A stretch of 64,000 nucleotides of DNA from Longimicrobiales bacterium. GTDB lineage: Bacteria; Gemmatimonadota; Gemmatimonadetes; Longimicrobiales; Gaopeijiaceae. The DNA lies in NCBI GenBank assembly GCA_965238005.1, contig OZ250165.1, forward strand, positions 2,560,001 through 2,624,000, given 5' to 3'. Below are positions 30,993-42,067 of this stretch, in pieces. The stretch's first letter is position 1, and every line of letters begins with the position of its first letter. Below the pieces are notes generated by a model. That model saw only the letters and a list, made by a program, of their open reading frames with translations. It did no database searches and was not told the origin of the DNA. A program made the translations under genes and the position numbers.

Positions 30993-31688
30993 ATGAGGTT
31001 CGCGCGGGAAGGCTATCCGTTCATGCTGGCAGGGTCGATGCTGGCCGCGCTGACTTGGGCCGCCGTTCCCATCTGGGACGCCTGGGTGGCCGTCCCTGCC
31101 GGAATGCTCACGGTGCTCGCCGGATTCGTCTTCTACTTCTTCCGGGACCCGGAACGCCTGGTCCCCGCAGGCGGGGGCGTCGTTCTCGCCCCCGGCGACG
31201 GAAAGATCATCGACATCCGGGAGGTGGACGAGCCGTCCTTCTTCGAGGGCCGATGCCGGCGTATCACCATCTTCCTCAGCGTCTTTGACGTCCACGTTCA
31301 GCGGGCCCCGCTTTCGGGCAGAGTCACACACCGCGACTATCGTCCCGGGAAGTACGCCGTGGCGTGGCACCCCAAGGCGAGCGAGGCCAACGAGCAGTCG
31401 TCCCTGGGGCTGAGCACTCAGTGGGGACACGTCCTGGTGAGGCAGATCGCGGGGCTGATCGCACGTCGCATCGTTACCTATCCGAAGAAGGGTGAGGTGG
31501 TGCAGCGCGGCGACCGCATCGGGCTCATCAGGTTCGGCTCCAGGGTGGATCTGTTCATCCCCATCGACTGGCCTCTGTCCTGCGCCATGGGCGACAAGGT
31601 CGTGGGTGGGGCCACGGTCTTTGCCCATGTGAAGGACCAGGCCAGCACACACAGGGCCCAGGCCGGCACACAGGAGGCAAAGGCATGA
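30993..31688 (+). CDS. psd: Phosphatidylserine decarboxylase proenzyme (short type)
   Basis: FFRDPER, APGDG, IFLSVFDVHVQR, QIAGLIARRI and RFGSRVD cleavage motif. Confidence 0.93.
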   Translation: MRFAREGYPFMLAGSMLAALTWAAVPIWDAWVAVPAGMLTVLAGFVFYFFRDPERLVPAGGGVVLAPGDGKIIDIREVDEPSFFEGRCRRITIFLSVFDVHVQRAPLSGRVTHRDYRPGKYAVAWHPKASEANEQSSLGLSTQWGHVLVRQIAGLIARRIVTYPKKGEVVQRGDRIGLIRFGSRVDLFIPIDWPLSCAMGDKVVGGATVFAHVKDQASTHRAQAGTQEAKA

Positions 31689-32566
31689 TCGACCGTCCGA
31701 GGGCCAGCACGAGGCTCCAGAGGGGAATCATCATCCTCCCGTCGGCCTTCACCATGGCCAACCTGTTCTTCGGGTTCTACGCCATCGTGGCGGCCACCCG
31801 TGGTGACTTCGAGTGGGCCGGTTGGTTCATCGTGTGGGCTGCCGTGACGGACTTGCTGGACGGGCGCATCGCGCGCTTCACCAGGACCGGATCGGCCTTC
31901 GGAGGGGAGCTGGACTCCCTGGTGGACGCCATCTCCTTCGGTGTGGCGCCGGCCTTCATCATGTACACGCTCTACTTCTCGGACGGGAACTGGAGCTGGG
32001 TGCTCCCCCTCGTGTACGTGATGGCCGTGGTCGTCCGCCTGGCCCGCTTCAACGTCGAGCAGGGCGGAGAGGCAAAGGCGCACTTCCATGGCCTCCCCTC
32101 TCCGACGCCGGGCATGATCCTGGCGACGTTCTATCCGTTCAGCCAGACCCCGTTCTTCCAGACCTACCTGGCGAGCATGCCCTGGCCGCGGATCATGGGA
32201 ATCCTGCTCATTGTCCTGGGCGCCCTGATGCTCAGCAACATCCCGTACGCCCTCGTTCCGAAGATCGGCCTCCGGACGAGGAAAGGGATTCTGAACTCGC
32301 TGTGGCTCTTCGGAAATGTTCTCGTCGCCATCGCCTTCCCGGCCTACTACTTCTTCCCCATGCTCCTCGGCTACACGATGTGGGGACTCATGGGGTCGGT
32401 GATCCATGGGCTTCTGGAGCGTCTCCCCGAGCGGGACCCGCTCCTGGACGTGCTAGACGAGGCGGGCGCAGAGGTACGGGCCCTGGACTACGGAGAGCTG
32501 GCTCCGAAGCGTTACCAGCAGAGTCCCACACACGTGCAACCCCCTGACACGGAGAGCGAAGCGTGA
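31685..32566 (+). CDS. pssA: CDP-diacylglycerol--serine O-phosphatidyltransferase
   Basis: DLLDGRIAR...FGGELDSLVD..SFGVAPA, RLARFN and F.GLPSP; adjacent to psd. Confidence 0.92.
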   Translation: MIDRPRASTRLQRGIIILPSAFTMANLFFGFYAIVAATRGDFEWAGWFIVWAAVTDLLDGRIARFTRTGSAFGGELDSLVDAISFGVAPAFIMYTLYFSDGNWSWVLPLVYVMAVVVRLARFNVEQGGEAKAHFHGLPSPTPGMILATFYPFSQTPFFQTYLASMPWPRIMGILLIVLGALMLSNIPYALVPKIGLRTRKGILNSLWLFGNVLVAIAFPAYYFFPMLLGYTMWGLMGSVIHGLLERLPERDPLLDVLDEAGAEVRALDYGELAPKRYQQSPTHVQPPDTESEA

Positions 32567-32838
32567 CGCGTTTTCGCTTGGAGATTCGAGTGGTTCCTCG
32601 CCCTGGGCTGCTGGACCCGGAAGGGAAAGCCATACAGCACGCCCTGCATTCGCTGGACTATGAAGGCGTACAGGACGTGCGCGTCGGGAAGATCCTCTAC
32701 CTGGACGTGGAAGCTTCCTCGGAAGAGGACGCCCGCGAACGTGGGGAAGCCATGTGCCAGCGGCTCCTGGCCAACCCCGTGACCGAGGACTTCGAGATCG
32801 AGGTGCGGGAGGCGCCCACGGCGGAGATACCGGCATGA
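32563..32838 (+). CDS. purS: FGAM synthase subunit PurS
   Basis: [13 protein letters not shown] and LLANPV.EDF. Confidence 0.95.
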   Translation: MTRFRLEIRVVPRPGLLDPEGKAIQHALHSLDYEGVQDVRVGKILYLDVEASSEEDARERGEAMCQRLLANPVTEDFEIEVREAPTAEIPA

Positions 32839-33551
32839 AGGTCGCCATCGTCACCTTCCCGGGCTCCAACTGCGATTACGACCTCTACAAGTGCATACAG
32901 CTGGTCGGTGGAAGCCCCCAGTTTGTGTGGCATCGGGAGGTAGAGCTGGGCGACGTGGATGCCGTCATGCTCCCTGGGGGCTTCTCCTACGGGGATTACC
33001 TACGAGCCGGAGCCATCGCCACCATGCGCCCCGTGATGGACGCCGTTAAGGCCTTCGCCGCATCCGGCGGTCCGGTGCTGGGGATCTGCAACGGGTTCCA
33101 GATGCTGTGCGAGGCCGGGCTCCTCCCGGGCGCCCTGCTCCGCAACAGCTCACTGTTGTTCGCGAGCCAGGACATCCTGCTCCGGGTGGAGAGTGATGCC
33201 ACAATCTTCACGCGGGACTACCCTATCGGGCAGATCCTGCGGATGCCCATCGCCCACGCCGAGGGGAACTACCACGCCGACGAGGAGACCCTGGACCGGC
33301 TCGAAGGAGAAGGCCGCGTCCTCTTCCGGTATGTGGACGCCTCCGGCGAGACGACAACCGATGCGAATCCCAACGGATCGGCCCGCAGCATCGCCGGCAT
33401 CCTCAACGAAGAGAGCAACGTCATGGGGATGATGCCCCATCCCGAAAGAGCCGTGGAGGAGATCCTGGGCTCCGTGGACGGGCTCGGCCTCTTCGAGGCG
33501 CTCCTGGCGCACCTCTCGCCGGTAGGCACGTCACCGGTAGGCACGGCGTGA
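32835..33551 (+). CDS. purQ: FGAM synthase glutaminase subunit PurQ
   Basis: [30 protein letters not shown] and MMPHPER. Confidence 0.97.
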   Translation: MKVAIVTFPGSNCDYDLYKCIQLVGGSPQFVWHREVELGDVDAVMLPGGFSYGDYLRAGAIATMRPVMDAVKAFAASGGPVLGICNGFQMLCEAGLLPGALLRNSSLLFASQDILLRVESDATIFTRDYPIGQILRMPIAHAEGNYHADEETLDRLEGEGRVLFRYVDASGETTTDANPNGSARSIAGILNEESNVMGMMPHPERAVEEILGSVDGLGLFEALLAHLSPVGTSPVGTA

Positions 33552-33596
33552 GCTCAACCCACCCCCCAACCCATACCGAACGGACCCAGCCGAAAC

Positions 33597-35897
33597 TTGA
33601 GCGACAGATCGGAGCATAACGGCACCCCTCCGGGGTCGATCTCCGCACGCCGCGACGGGGATCCGACCATCACACCCGAGCTCGTCGAAGACCACGGACT
33701 CTCCCCCTCGGAGTACGAACGCATCCTGAAGATCCTGGGACGAGAGCCCACCTTCACCGAGCTGGGCGTGTTCAGCGCCATGTGGTCGGAGCACTGCGGG
33801 TACAAGAGCTCCAAGCGGCTCCTGCGTCTCCTCCCCACGGAGGCCCCGTGGGTGATCCAGGGCCCCGGCGAGAACGCCGGCGTCATCGACGTGGGCGACG
33901 GATTGGCTCTGGCCTTCAAGATCGAGTCCCACAACCATCCGTCCGCCGTCGAGCCCTACCAGGGCGCGGCCACCGGGGTCGGCGGCATCCTGAGGGACGT
34001 CTTCACCATGGGAGCCCGGCCCATCGCCATCCTGGACTCGCTGCACTTCGGCAATCTCGACAGCGGACGGGTCCGGTACCTCTTCTCCGGCGTCGTGAAG
34101 GGGATCGGGGACTACGGCAACTGTGTCGGGATCCCGAACATCGGTGGAGAGGTCTTCTTCGACGAGGGCTACGAGGGCAATCCCATCGTGAACGCCATGT
34201 GCCTCGGGCTCATGAAGACTGAAGACCTCATCAAGGGCGAGGCCGAGGGCGTGGGTAACCCGCTCATGACCGTCGGGGCGAGGACGGGCCGTGACGGGAT
34301 CCATGGAGCGACGTTCGCCTCGGAGGAGCTCAGCGAAGACTCCCAGGCCAGTCGCCCACAGGTCCAGGTGGGCGACCCCTTTACCGAGAAGCTGCTCCTG
34401 GAAGCGAGCCTGGAGCTCATCCAGAGCGGCCACATCACCGGCATCCAGGACATGGGGGCCGCGGGCATCACGTCGAGCGCCTCGGAGATGGCCGGCCGCT
34501 CGGGGAACGGTGTGGAGATCGACATGGACCGCGTGCCCGTGCGGGAGCCGGGCATGACGCCCTACGAGATCCTCCTCTCTGAGTCGCAGGAGCGCATGCT
34601 GGTCGTGGCCAAGGCCGGGCAGGAAGGCGCCGTGAGGGAGATCCTGAACAAGTGGGAGCTCGAGGCCGAGGAGATCGGAAGGGTCACCGACGACGGGCTC
34701 TTCCGCGTGATGGAGGGAGGCCGGGTCGTGGCCGAGATTCCTTCCCTCCCCCTGACGGAGGGGTGCCCCACCTACGAGCGGGAGGGCATCGAGTCCGAAG
34801 AGGTGAAGGAACTCCGCTGCATGGACCTGTCGCGCTTCGCCGACGCCGATTCGGACCAGACGGAGGCGTTCCTGAAGCTCATGTCGTCGCCCAACATCGC
34901 GTCGAAGCGCTGGGTGTACCGCCAGTACGACACGACGGTCCGGACGGGCACCGCCATCCGACCTGGCGCAGACGCCGGTGTGGTGCGCCTGCGGGGCACG
35001 CGGAAGGCCGTCGCGGCCACGACGGATTGCAATGGACGCTACGTCTACCTGAATCCTCGTGTGGGTGCCATGGCGGCCGTGGCCGAGGCGGCACGGAACC
35101 TGGTGTGCGTCGGTGCGCTGCCCACGGCGGTGACCAACAACCTGAACTTCGGCAGCCCTCTGAAGCCTCACATCTACCACCAGTTCCGCGAAGCGGTGCT
35201 GGGCATGGCCGAGGCCTGCAAGCTCTTCGAGACTCCCGTGACGGGGGGCAACGTCTCCTTCTACAACGAGACCGACGGTGTCGCCATCTACCCGACCCCG
35301 GTCATCGGCATGGTCGGCATCGTGGAGGATGTCGCCCACCTCACGCGTCCCGCATTCGAAGAGGAAGGCGACGCCATCATCCTCTTGGGTGACAACACTG
35401 AGGAGCTGGGCGCGTCGGAGTATCTCTACGTCATGGAGAAGCTGGTGGCCGGCGAGCCGCCGTCGGTGGACCTCCTGGCGGAGCGCCGGCTCCAGCACGC
35501 CGTGCTGGCCATGATCCAGAAGGATCTCCTGCGCTCGGCTCACGACCTGTCCGAGGGCGGGCTTGCCTGCGCCCTGGCCGAGAGCTCCCTCGGACGGGGC
35601 GGCTCGCCCATGGGCGTCCACGTCACCCTCCACGACTCCCTCTCCCCCCTGCCCCTCCTGTTCGGAGAGGCGCAGGGTCGGATCATGGTGTCGTGCGACG
35701 CCCGCTCGGTGGACGACGCCCTGCGTCTTGCGAAGAAGCACCGAGTGCCCTGCCGGCAGATCGGACAGGTGGTGGTGGCGGACGAGGGCTTCCGGGTGGA
35801 GGGCAGGAGCGTGACGTTGGAGGTCGACGTGGAGACCCTCTCGGCACTATTCTTCGGTGCGATCCCTCGTTTGATGGATGGAGCTAGCCCGACGTGA
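33597..35897 (+). CDS. purL: FGAM synthase subunit PurL
   Basis: [31 protein letters not shown] and GGNVSFYN. Exact start uncertain. Confidence 0.97.
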   Translation: MSDRSEHNGTPPGSISARRDGDPTITPELVEDHGLSPSEYERILKILGREPTFTELGVFSAMWSEHCGYKSSKRLLRLLPTEAPWVIQGPGENAGVIDVGDGLALAFKIESHNHPSAVEPYQGAATGVGGILRDVFTMGARPIAILDSLHFGNLDSGRVRYLFSGVVKGIGDYGNCVGIPNIGGEVFFDEGYEGNPIVNAMCLGLMKTEDLIKGEAEGVGNPLMTVGARTGRDGIHGATFASEELSEDSQASRPQVQVGDPFTEKLLLEASLELIQSGHITGIQDMGAAGITSSASEMAGRSGNGVEIDMDRVPVREPGMTPYEILLSESQERMLVVAKAGQEGAVREILNKWELEAEEIGRVTDDGLFRVMEGGRVVAEIPSLPLTEGCPTYEREGIESEEVKELRCMDLSRFADADSDQTEAFLKLMSSPNIASKRWVYRQYDTTVRTGTAIRPGADAGVVRLRGTRKAVAATTDCNGRYVYLNPRVGAMAAVAEAARNLVCVGALPTAVTNNLNFGSPLKPHIYHQFREAVLGMAEACKLFETPVTGGNVSFYNETDGVAIYPTPVIGMVGIVEDVAHLTRPAFEEEGDAIILLGDNTEELGASEYLYVMEKLVAGEPPSVDLLAERRLQHAVLAMIQKDLLRSAHDLSEGGLACALAESSLGRGGSPMGVHVTLHDSLSPLPLLFGEAQGRIMVSCDARSVDDALRLAKKHRVPCRQIGQVVVADEGFRVEGRSVTLEVDVETLSALFFGAIPRLMDGASPT

Positions 35898-37357
35898 CCG
35901 CGAAGCCACTCCCCGTCGTGGGTAGGCCTGTCGACATGGTAGCATCTCACCTCGACGAGAGGCCCCGTGAGGAGTGCGGGGTGGTGGGCATCAGCGGGAT
36001 CGAAGGCGCCGCGGAGCTGGCGTTCCTGGCGCTCTATGCGCTCCAGCACCGGGGTCAGGAGTCCGCGGGCATCTGTGCCATCTCCGACGGAGAGGCCCGT
36101 GTCTACAAGGACGTGGGGCTCGTGGGCGACGTGTTCGACGCCGAGTCCCTCATCAAGCTTCCCGGTCGTACGGCGATCGGACACGTGCGTTACTCCACCG
36201 CCGGAGGCAGCAGGGCGCTGAACGCCCAGCCTATCGTGGTTCGGTACGCCGAGGGCGATCTGGGCGTCTCCCACAACGGCAACCTGACCAACGCCCACGA
36301 CCTGAAAAGCCGGCTCGTCAGCGAGGGCGCCATCTTTCAGACCACGTCGGACTCCGAAGTCATCGTCCATCTAATAGCGCGCTCCCGACACGACAACGTC
36401 GACGCCCAGGTCGACGACGCCCTCAGCCATCTGGAAGGTGCCTTCTCCCTGGCCATCACCGTGGGGGACACCCTGTATGCCATTCGGGACCCCCGGGGTT
36501 ACCGCCCACTGGTCCTGGGCAAGCTCGACGGTGGGCACGTGGTCGTCAGTGAGACGTGCGCCCTAGACATTCTCGGAGCCGAATACGTCAGGGACGTGGA
36601 TCCGGGAGAGGTGCTCAAGATCGAGGGCGAGTCGGTTCGGAGCCTCCGCAGCCTTTCGCCGGCCCAGGAGAAGGCTCCGTGCATCTTCGAACTCGTCTAC
36701 TTCGCCCGACCCGACTCGCGTCTGTGGACGATCTCCGTGGACCGCGCCCGCCGGGGCTTCGGGCGGGAACTGGCCGCCGAGCACCCGGTGGATGCCGACG
36801 CGGTCATCGCCGTGCCGGACAGCGCGAACTCGGCGGCCCTGGGCTATAGCGAGGCCAGTGGAATCCCGTACGAGCTGGGGCTCCTCCGCAACCACTACGT
36901 GGGTCGCACGTTCATCAAGCCCTCCCAGGCGGACCGCGATTTCGGTGCACGCATGAAGTACAACCCTGTCCGCGAGGTGCTCGAGGGCCGGCGGGTCGTC
37001 GTGGTGGATGACTCCCTGGTCCGGGGCACGACCAGCAAGAGCCTGGTGAAGTTCATCCGCCAGGCCGGTGCCGCGGAGGTCCACCTCCGCATCGGCAGCC
37101 CTCCCGTGCGCTTCCCTTGCTTCTACGGGATCGACATGCCGAGCCACGAGGAGCTCATCGGCTCGCAGTTGAGCCCGAGCGAGATCGCCGAGACGCTGGG
37201 AGCGGATTCCCTGGGTTATCTGTCGCTGGAGGGAATGCTGTCGGTCGTGGCCGAGCACGGATCGTTCTGCGACGCCTGCTTCTCCGGCAACTACGCAGCG
37301 CCGCTGGTGGATGTGGACAAGGGATACGTACCCGGCAACCACCCCATCAACTGCTAG
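35894..37357 (+). CDS. purF: Amidophosphoribosyltransferase
   Basis: [41 protein letters not shown] and FCDAC. Confidence 0.97.
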   Translation: MTAKPLPVVGRPVDMVASHLDERPREECGVVGISGIEGAAELAFLALYALQHRGQESAGICAISDGEARVYKDVGLVGDVFDAESLIKLPGRTAIGHVRYSTAGGSRALNAQPIVVRYAEGDLGVSHNGNLTNAHDLKSRLVSEGAIFQTTSDSEVIVHLIARSRHDNVDAQVDDALSHLEGAFSLAITVGDTLYAIRDPRGYRPLVLGKLDGGHVVVSETCALDILGAEYVRDVDPGEVLKIEGESVRSLRSLSPAQEKAPCIFELVYFARPDSRLWTISVDRARRGFGRELAAEHPVDADAVIAVPDSANSAALGYSEASGIPYELGLLRNHYVGRTFIKPSQADRDFGARMKYNPVREVLEGRRVVVVDDSLVRGTTSKSLVKFIRQAGAAEVHLRIGSPPVRFPCFYGIDMPSHEELIGSQLSPSEIAETLGADSLGYLSLEGMLSVVAEHGSFCDACFSGNYAAPLVDVDKGYVPGNHPINC

Positions 37358-37362
37358 CGCCG

Positions 37363-38397
37363 GTGAAGGTCACCCGGGAGCTCCTGGAACGGCTTCCCAA
37401 GACAGAGCTCCACGTTCACCTGGACGGGAGCCTCCGTCCCGAGACCCTCATCGAGCTCGGTGAGCTGTCTGGGAAGGACCTACCCAGCACCGGTCCCGCA
37501 GAGCTGGCCGAGCACATGCTCGCCGAGGACACCCGGAATCTCGAGGAGTACCTGGCCAAATTCGAAACCACGCTGTCGGTCCTGCAGCACGCCGACGCCC
37601 TGGAGCGGGTGGCCTTCGAGCTGGCGGAGGACAACGCCCGTGAGAACGTCCGCTACCTCGAGGTCCGCTACTCGCCCATCCTCCACACCCGGGAAGGCCT
37701 ACCCCTCACGGAAGCCGTGAAGGCCCCCCTCCGGGGCCTGAAGCGGGCCGAGGAGCAGTACGGCATCAGGACCGGCCTGATCATCTGTGGGATCCGTGAC
37801 ATGGAAGCACATACATCCCGGGACCTGGCGGATCTCACGGTGGCCTTCAAGGGCCAGGGCGTCGTGGCCTTCGACCTGGCGGGAGCCGAGTACAACTATC
37901 CGGCCAAGAAGCACAGGGACGCCTTCTTCACGGTCATCAACCGGAACATGGCCACCACCATCCACGCCGGAGAGGCCTACGGCCCCGAGTCCATCCACCA
38001 GGCCCTGCACTACTGTCGGGCCAACCGCATCGGCCACGGGACTCGGCTCTACGAAGATCCCGACCTCATGCAGTTCGTGATCGACTTCCGCGTGCCCCTG
38101 GAGATCTGCCTGACCTCCAATGTGCAGACCGGGGCCGTGGCCTCGTACGCCGAGCACCCCGTGCGCCGGTACTTCGATGCCGGTGTGGTGGTGACGCTCA
38201 ACACCGACAACCGACTCATGTCGGGCACCACCGTCACCGACGAGTACTGGAAAGCCCATGAACACCTGGGCTTCACATGGGAAGAGCTCAGGCAGGTGGC
38301 CCGCATGGGGTTCGAGTCGGCGTTCCTGCATCGGGGGGAGAAGCAGGAGCTGATCACCGGCGTGGAAGAGGAGATCGCGGGGATCGAAGGGGGGTAG
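37363..38397 (+). CDS. add: Adenosine deaminase
   Basis: PKTELHVHLDGS, HAGEA, RIGHG, CLTSN and NTDN. Confidence 0.92.
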   Translation: MKVTRELLERLPKTELHVHLDGSLRPETLIELGELSGKDLPSTGPAELAEHMLAEDTRNLEEYLAKFETTLSVLQHADALERVAFELAEDNARENVRYLEVRYSPILHTREGLPLTEAVKAPLRGLKRAEEQYGIRTGLIICGIRDMEAHTSRDLADLTVAFKGQGVVAFDLAGAEYNYPAKKHRDAFFTVINRNMATTIHAGEAYGPESIHQALHYCRANRIGHGTRLYEDPDLMQFVIDFRVPLEICLTSNVQTGAVASYAEHPVRRYFDAGVVVTLNTDNRLMSGTTVTDEYWKAHEHLGFTWEELRQVARMGFESAFLHRGEKQELITGVEEEIAGIEGG

Positions 38398-38443
38398 GGG
38401 AGGTGGGGGGGCGGTAGGGCTGGAGGCGGTGGGGGGGCAAGTC

Positions 38444-38581
38444 CTAGGCGAGACGAAGGCGCCGTCCCTTCGGTTTGGGGATCGGACGATCGAACTCCTT
38501 CGCGGTGGCCAACCACAGATCGATCGCTTCCTGCCAGTTGCCAAGGGCCGCACCCGGAGAATCGCCGTGGGCCGTGCAGCC
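38444..38581 (-). pseudogene. 5'-truncated HicB-family antitoxin remnant
   Basis: GCTAHGDSPGAALGNWQEAIDLWLATAKEFDRPIPKPKGRRL matches the HicB_lk pattern; the N-terminal strands and a start codon are missing. Confidence 0.7.
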
Positions 38582-38582
38582 C

Positions 38583-38624
38583 AAGAAGCCGCCCCGGTTA
38601 GCACCTCCCCCGGGGCGGCTTCTT
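38583..38624. terminator. 15 bp-stem hairpin, possibly bidirectional terminator
   Basis: AAGAAGCCGCCCCGG ... CCGGGGCGGCTTCTT perfect inverted repeat with a 12 nt loop, between convergent transcription units. Confidence 0.65.
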
Positions 38625-38669
38625 CTATCCAGTCCAGATGACACTCGCCAGCGAGCAGCCCCTGGCTGC

Positions 38670-38703
38670 AAAAAACCCCCGCCCGGCCGAAGCCGGGCGG
38701 GGG
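38670..38703 (-). terminator. Rho-independent terminator of the large surface-protein gene
   Basis: 12 bp GC stem, c(TTCG)g loop and T6 tail on the minus strand, 27 nt after the stop. Confidence 0.9.
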
Positions 38704-38730
38704 CGTGACTGCTACATCAGGAAGTTGCTA

Positions 38731-41700
38731 TTAGGTACCAGCAACCACCGTGATGTTGGTTCTGTACTGCGTGATCAGCGCGGCACCCGCACTGTTCACA
38801 CCGATCGCGGCGATGTTGACCACCGTCGGACCGGCACCCAACGCCGCGAGGGCCGGATGGCTCCCGTCGAGCAAGAAGGTGTGGTTGTAGTGACGCAGCG
38901 TCGGAGCTACGACGCCGTCGTCCGTGAACGTCGCTCCCGAGCCCAACGTCGTCCCGAGGAGCGTCCATACTTCGGCCGCGGCTGAGTACGGAAACGCGTC
39001 GGCGTCGGTGACGACGTACCAGAAGATGGTCCCACTGGAGAACGAGTTCGGCATCGTCCCGGTCGGGCCCGTTGCCTCGGCGTTCACCGTAACCGTCTTC
39101 ACGTTAGCCGCGGCGCAAGCTGCGGCTCCCGTACCGTTACACAGCGTTACCGCTACCGCAGCAGGCGGATAAGCCGTTCCCGGCGTCCACGGCGCCGGGA
39201 GAACCCGGAAGCCGGTGAGCACTGCCGTCTGAGCGATGTACTCCGTCACGCCTACAACGGTACCGGCTTGGAAGTTGTTCGCGCCGACCGACGAGTTGCC
39301 GGCGGCGTCGAACGTCGTTGCCGTCACGTTGGTGGCCAGAGCCGAGGTGGCCGCGGCCGGAGGTGCGAAACCAGCGGTCGTGATCTCGACCTGAGCGACG
39401 AGGTTCACCGCCTGGGCCGCAGACTGAGTCAATGTGCGAGCGCCGTCAAAGCGAACGCCGTCACCGAGCTGTACCGGATTGGTGAACGGAATGAAGCTCC
39501 CGAGTCCGCCGAAATCGAATGCGAACGCCGTCGTCCAGAGGTCGATGAGGTCCGCCACCGCGGCGCTGAAGGTCGCAGCGGCGCCACCCGCCAGCGTCGG
39601 CGGAATGGCTACGTTGGACGTGGTCGGAACCGTCTGGTCGATCAGCCAGTTCCGAACGATCTCGGCAACGATGTTCCCCGCCTGGTCCATAAGGGCTCCG
39701 CCCATCGCGTAATACGCGTCAGGCGCGGTTGCGAAGTCGGGGACACACGGCGCCGCGTTCATTGTCGCCAGAACGGCTGGCGCAGCACCACAAGCCGCGA
39801 TGGCGGCCGGGATGTTGACGACACCACCGGCCGTCGTCGAGGCACCGAGAATGAACGTACCCGCGTTCGTGGTCGCCGGAACCTGCGTCATCCAGGCCTG
39901 CACCGGGAAGGCCGAGAAGCCCGCCCGATCTTCCACTCCGCCCAGGCTGAAGCCCGAAACGTGCGCGGCGCCACCAGCGGCGCCGGCAGGAATGATCGTC
40001 TGGTCGGTGATCGTCGCCGGAGAAGCGGCGGCGACCACGGCCGTCGGCAGGTTGTCCTCCACACCGACCGTCGTCAGCGCGTTGGAGCCGGCGCCAGCCA
40101 GGGAGGTGTTGCTCCGGTTGCCCAAGGCATCCGCGAGCCCGACCCAGAGCTGGTTGTCGGTGTTGAGCAGGCTCGTGGCGATAGCGCCGGCCGCGGCTGC
40201 ACTGGCCGTGGCCTGAACCGTCGCGGCCGCAAGCGTCGCCGCACCGATGTGGAAGGTGGTCACGATGCCGCCCACGCCGAGGAAGAAGCCACCGCCTGGG
40301 ATGTCCTGGTCAGCCGTCGTCGTAAGACCACTAGCGAACGTGTAGGCCGAGTTGATCCAGTTGTTCGCGCAGCAAAGCACCGTCGCAGCCGCAACGGCCT
40401 GATCGGTCAGAGTGAAGACACCCGTCACGATCGGAGCAACGTTGTCCGTCAACAAGGGCATTGGGGCCGCTATAATAGCCGGTACGCCGCCAATGAAGGC
40501 CAAGGGCGCTGCGGCCGTCCCGAGCGCGAAGGCCGTACCGTTCGTATAGGCGGCCCCCGTGACGGCGAGAACGTCGGGAACGAGCCCGTTTGACGAGTGG
40601 CCAATCAGCGAGGACGTGCCGGCCGCAGACGGAAACGTCACAGCATACGGAGCGGCGGTGGCTGTAAGCGCGCCGCCAGCCGCCGGTCCGTTCCCGTTGT
40701 TGTCCGTGTAGGTGAGGGTGAGTGTACCCAGCGTTAGGCCGGAGTAGAGTACCGGTGTGATGGTGGCCGTCAGAGCACCACCCCACCAGAGCTGACTCAA
40801 CGCGCTCACCGCCGTGCCGCCCGCAGCGGTCAACGCGCCCAGAAGGACGTCGGGGTTCGCGAACGTCAGGTTCACACTGTTGGAGGCCGTGGCCGTGGCG
40901 CCGTCACTGGTATTCACCTGAGCAGAGATGACGTGGTTACCACTACCGAAGGTCGGAGTGCCGTTGCCCGGGGCGCAGGGTATCCCGGGAACAGCTCCGC
41001 AGAATGCGGTGCCGATCTGGACCGTCGCGTTGCGTTCCGCACTGTCAGGTCCGTCCTCGGCTGGAGCACCCGTGGTGAAGGTCTGCGTGCCCACAACGAC
41101 GCCGTCCAGAAGCACGGAGGCCGAGGTGAGCGACGACGTGCCCTCGTTGATGACGAGGTTCACGTCGATGGCACCGACGACCGCGGTCGGAATGACCGTC
41201 ACACCGGCCGTACCGCTGACCGTGATCGTCGAGATCGTGACCGTAGCGGCCGTAGTGACTTCCTCGACCGTGCCGACGAAGGTCACGTTGGCGCTCTGGC
41301 CCACGGCCACCGTCACGTCACGCGAGGTCACGGCGATGGTAGCGGTGCCGAAGTCCGAGATCGTCACGGTGTAGTCGCCGGCCCGCAGACCGGTGAACTC
41401 GAAGTCACCGTTCGTGTCCGAGCTGCCAGCGGAGGACTCACCGGCCAGCGTACCGGTACCGGCGACGTTCACCGTCGCCACGATCCCGGTGTTTCCGGCG
41501 GTGATGCTACCCCGGATGCTCGACGTGCGGATGTAGTTACCGCCGAAGTCCGCGATGACCGTCTGGCCACTCGTGGAGATGCTCACGACCGCCGAGGTCG
41601 AGGCGAAGGCCACGTCAGCGGGTTAACCGCTGATCTGCACTGCGTGCGTCCCCGCGGGGACGTTAGCGAACGAATAGGTACCGCCCGCGACAGTCGTCGT

Positions 41701-41892
41701 CGACTGCGAGGCAGCGCCCACCAGGCTGACGGTCACGCCGGCAAGCCCAGTGCCCTCGACGGAAACCGTACCGCTGACGGTTCCGACGATGACCACCGGG
41801 GGAGGCGTTACGCCACCGTCGTCATCGTCGCCACACGCGGTCAACGGAATGACCGCGAGTAGCGCGATGGCTGCGAAGCGAAGCAACTTCAT
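38731..41892 (-). CDS. Large Ala/Thr/Gly-rich surface lipoprotein (S-layer/adhesin-like) with in-frame TAA at codon 90
   Basis: GGAGAG RBS; signal MKLLRFAAIALLAVIPLTAC; carboxypeptidase-regulatory-like domains; D-x-x-GN Ig-like motifs. ORFs 41623..42219 and 38731..41613 are in the same frame, separated only by TAA-CCC-GCT-GAC. Confidence 0.8.
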
Positions 41893-42067
41893 TGAACTCT
41901 CCAGTGTGGAGGTGTAGTTCGCCCGTCCGTTGAGGACTGAGCACAAGAATCCGGAGTGGCGGGGGTGCAAGGATGGTGCCACGGCCGAGTCCGGAGATCG
42001 TCCAGTGTTTATAAGGGTTTTCCACCCTCCGAACAACGTCCGAATGGCCTCAGAAACCCGAGAACCC

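Noticed and set aside
33531..35741. 736 aa minus-strand ORF
   Set aside because: Antisense shadow of purL, a typical high-GC artefact with no recognisable motifs.
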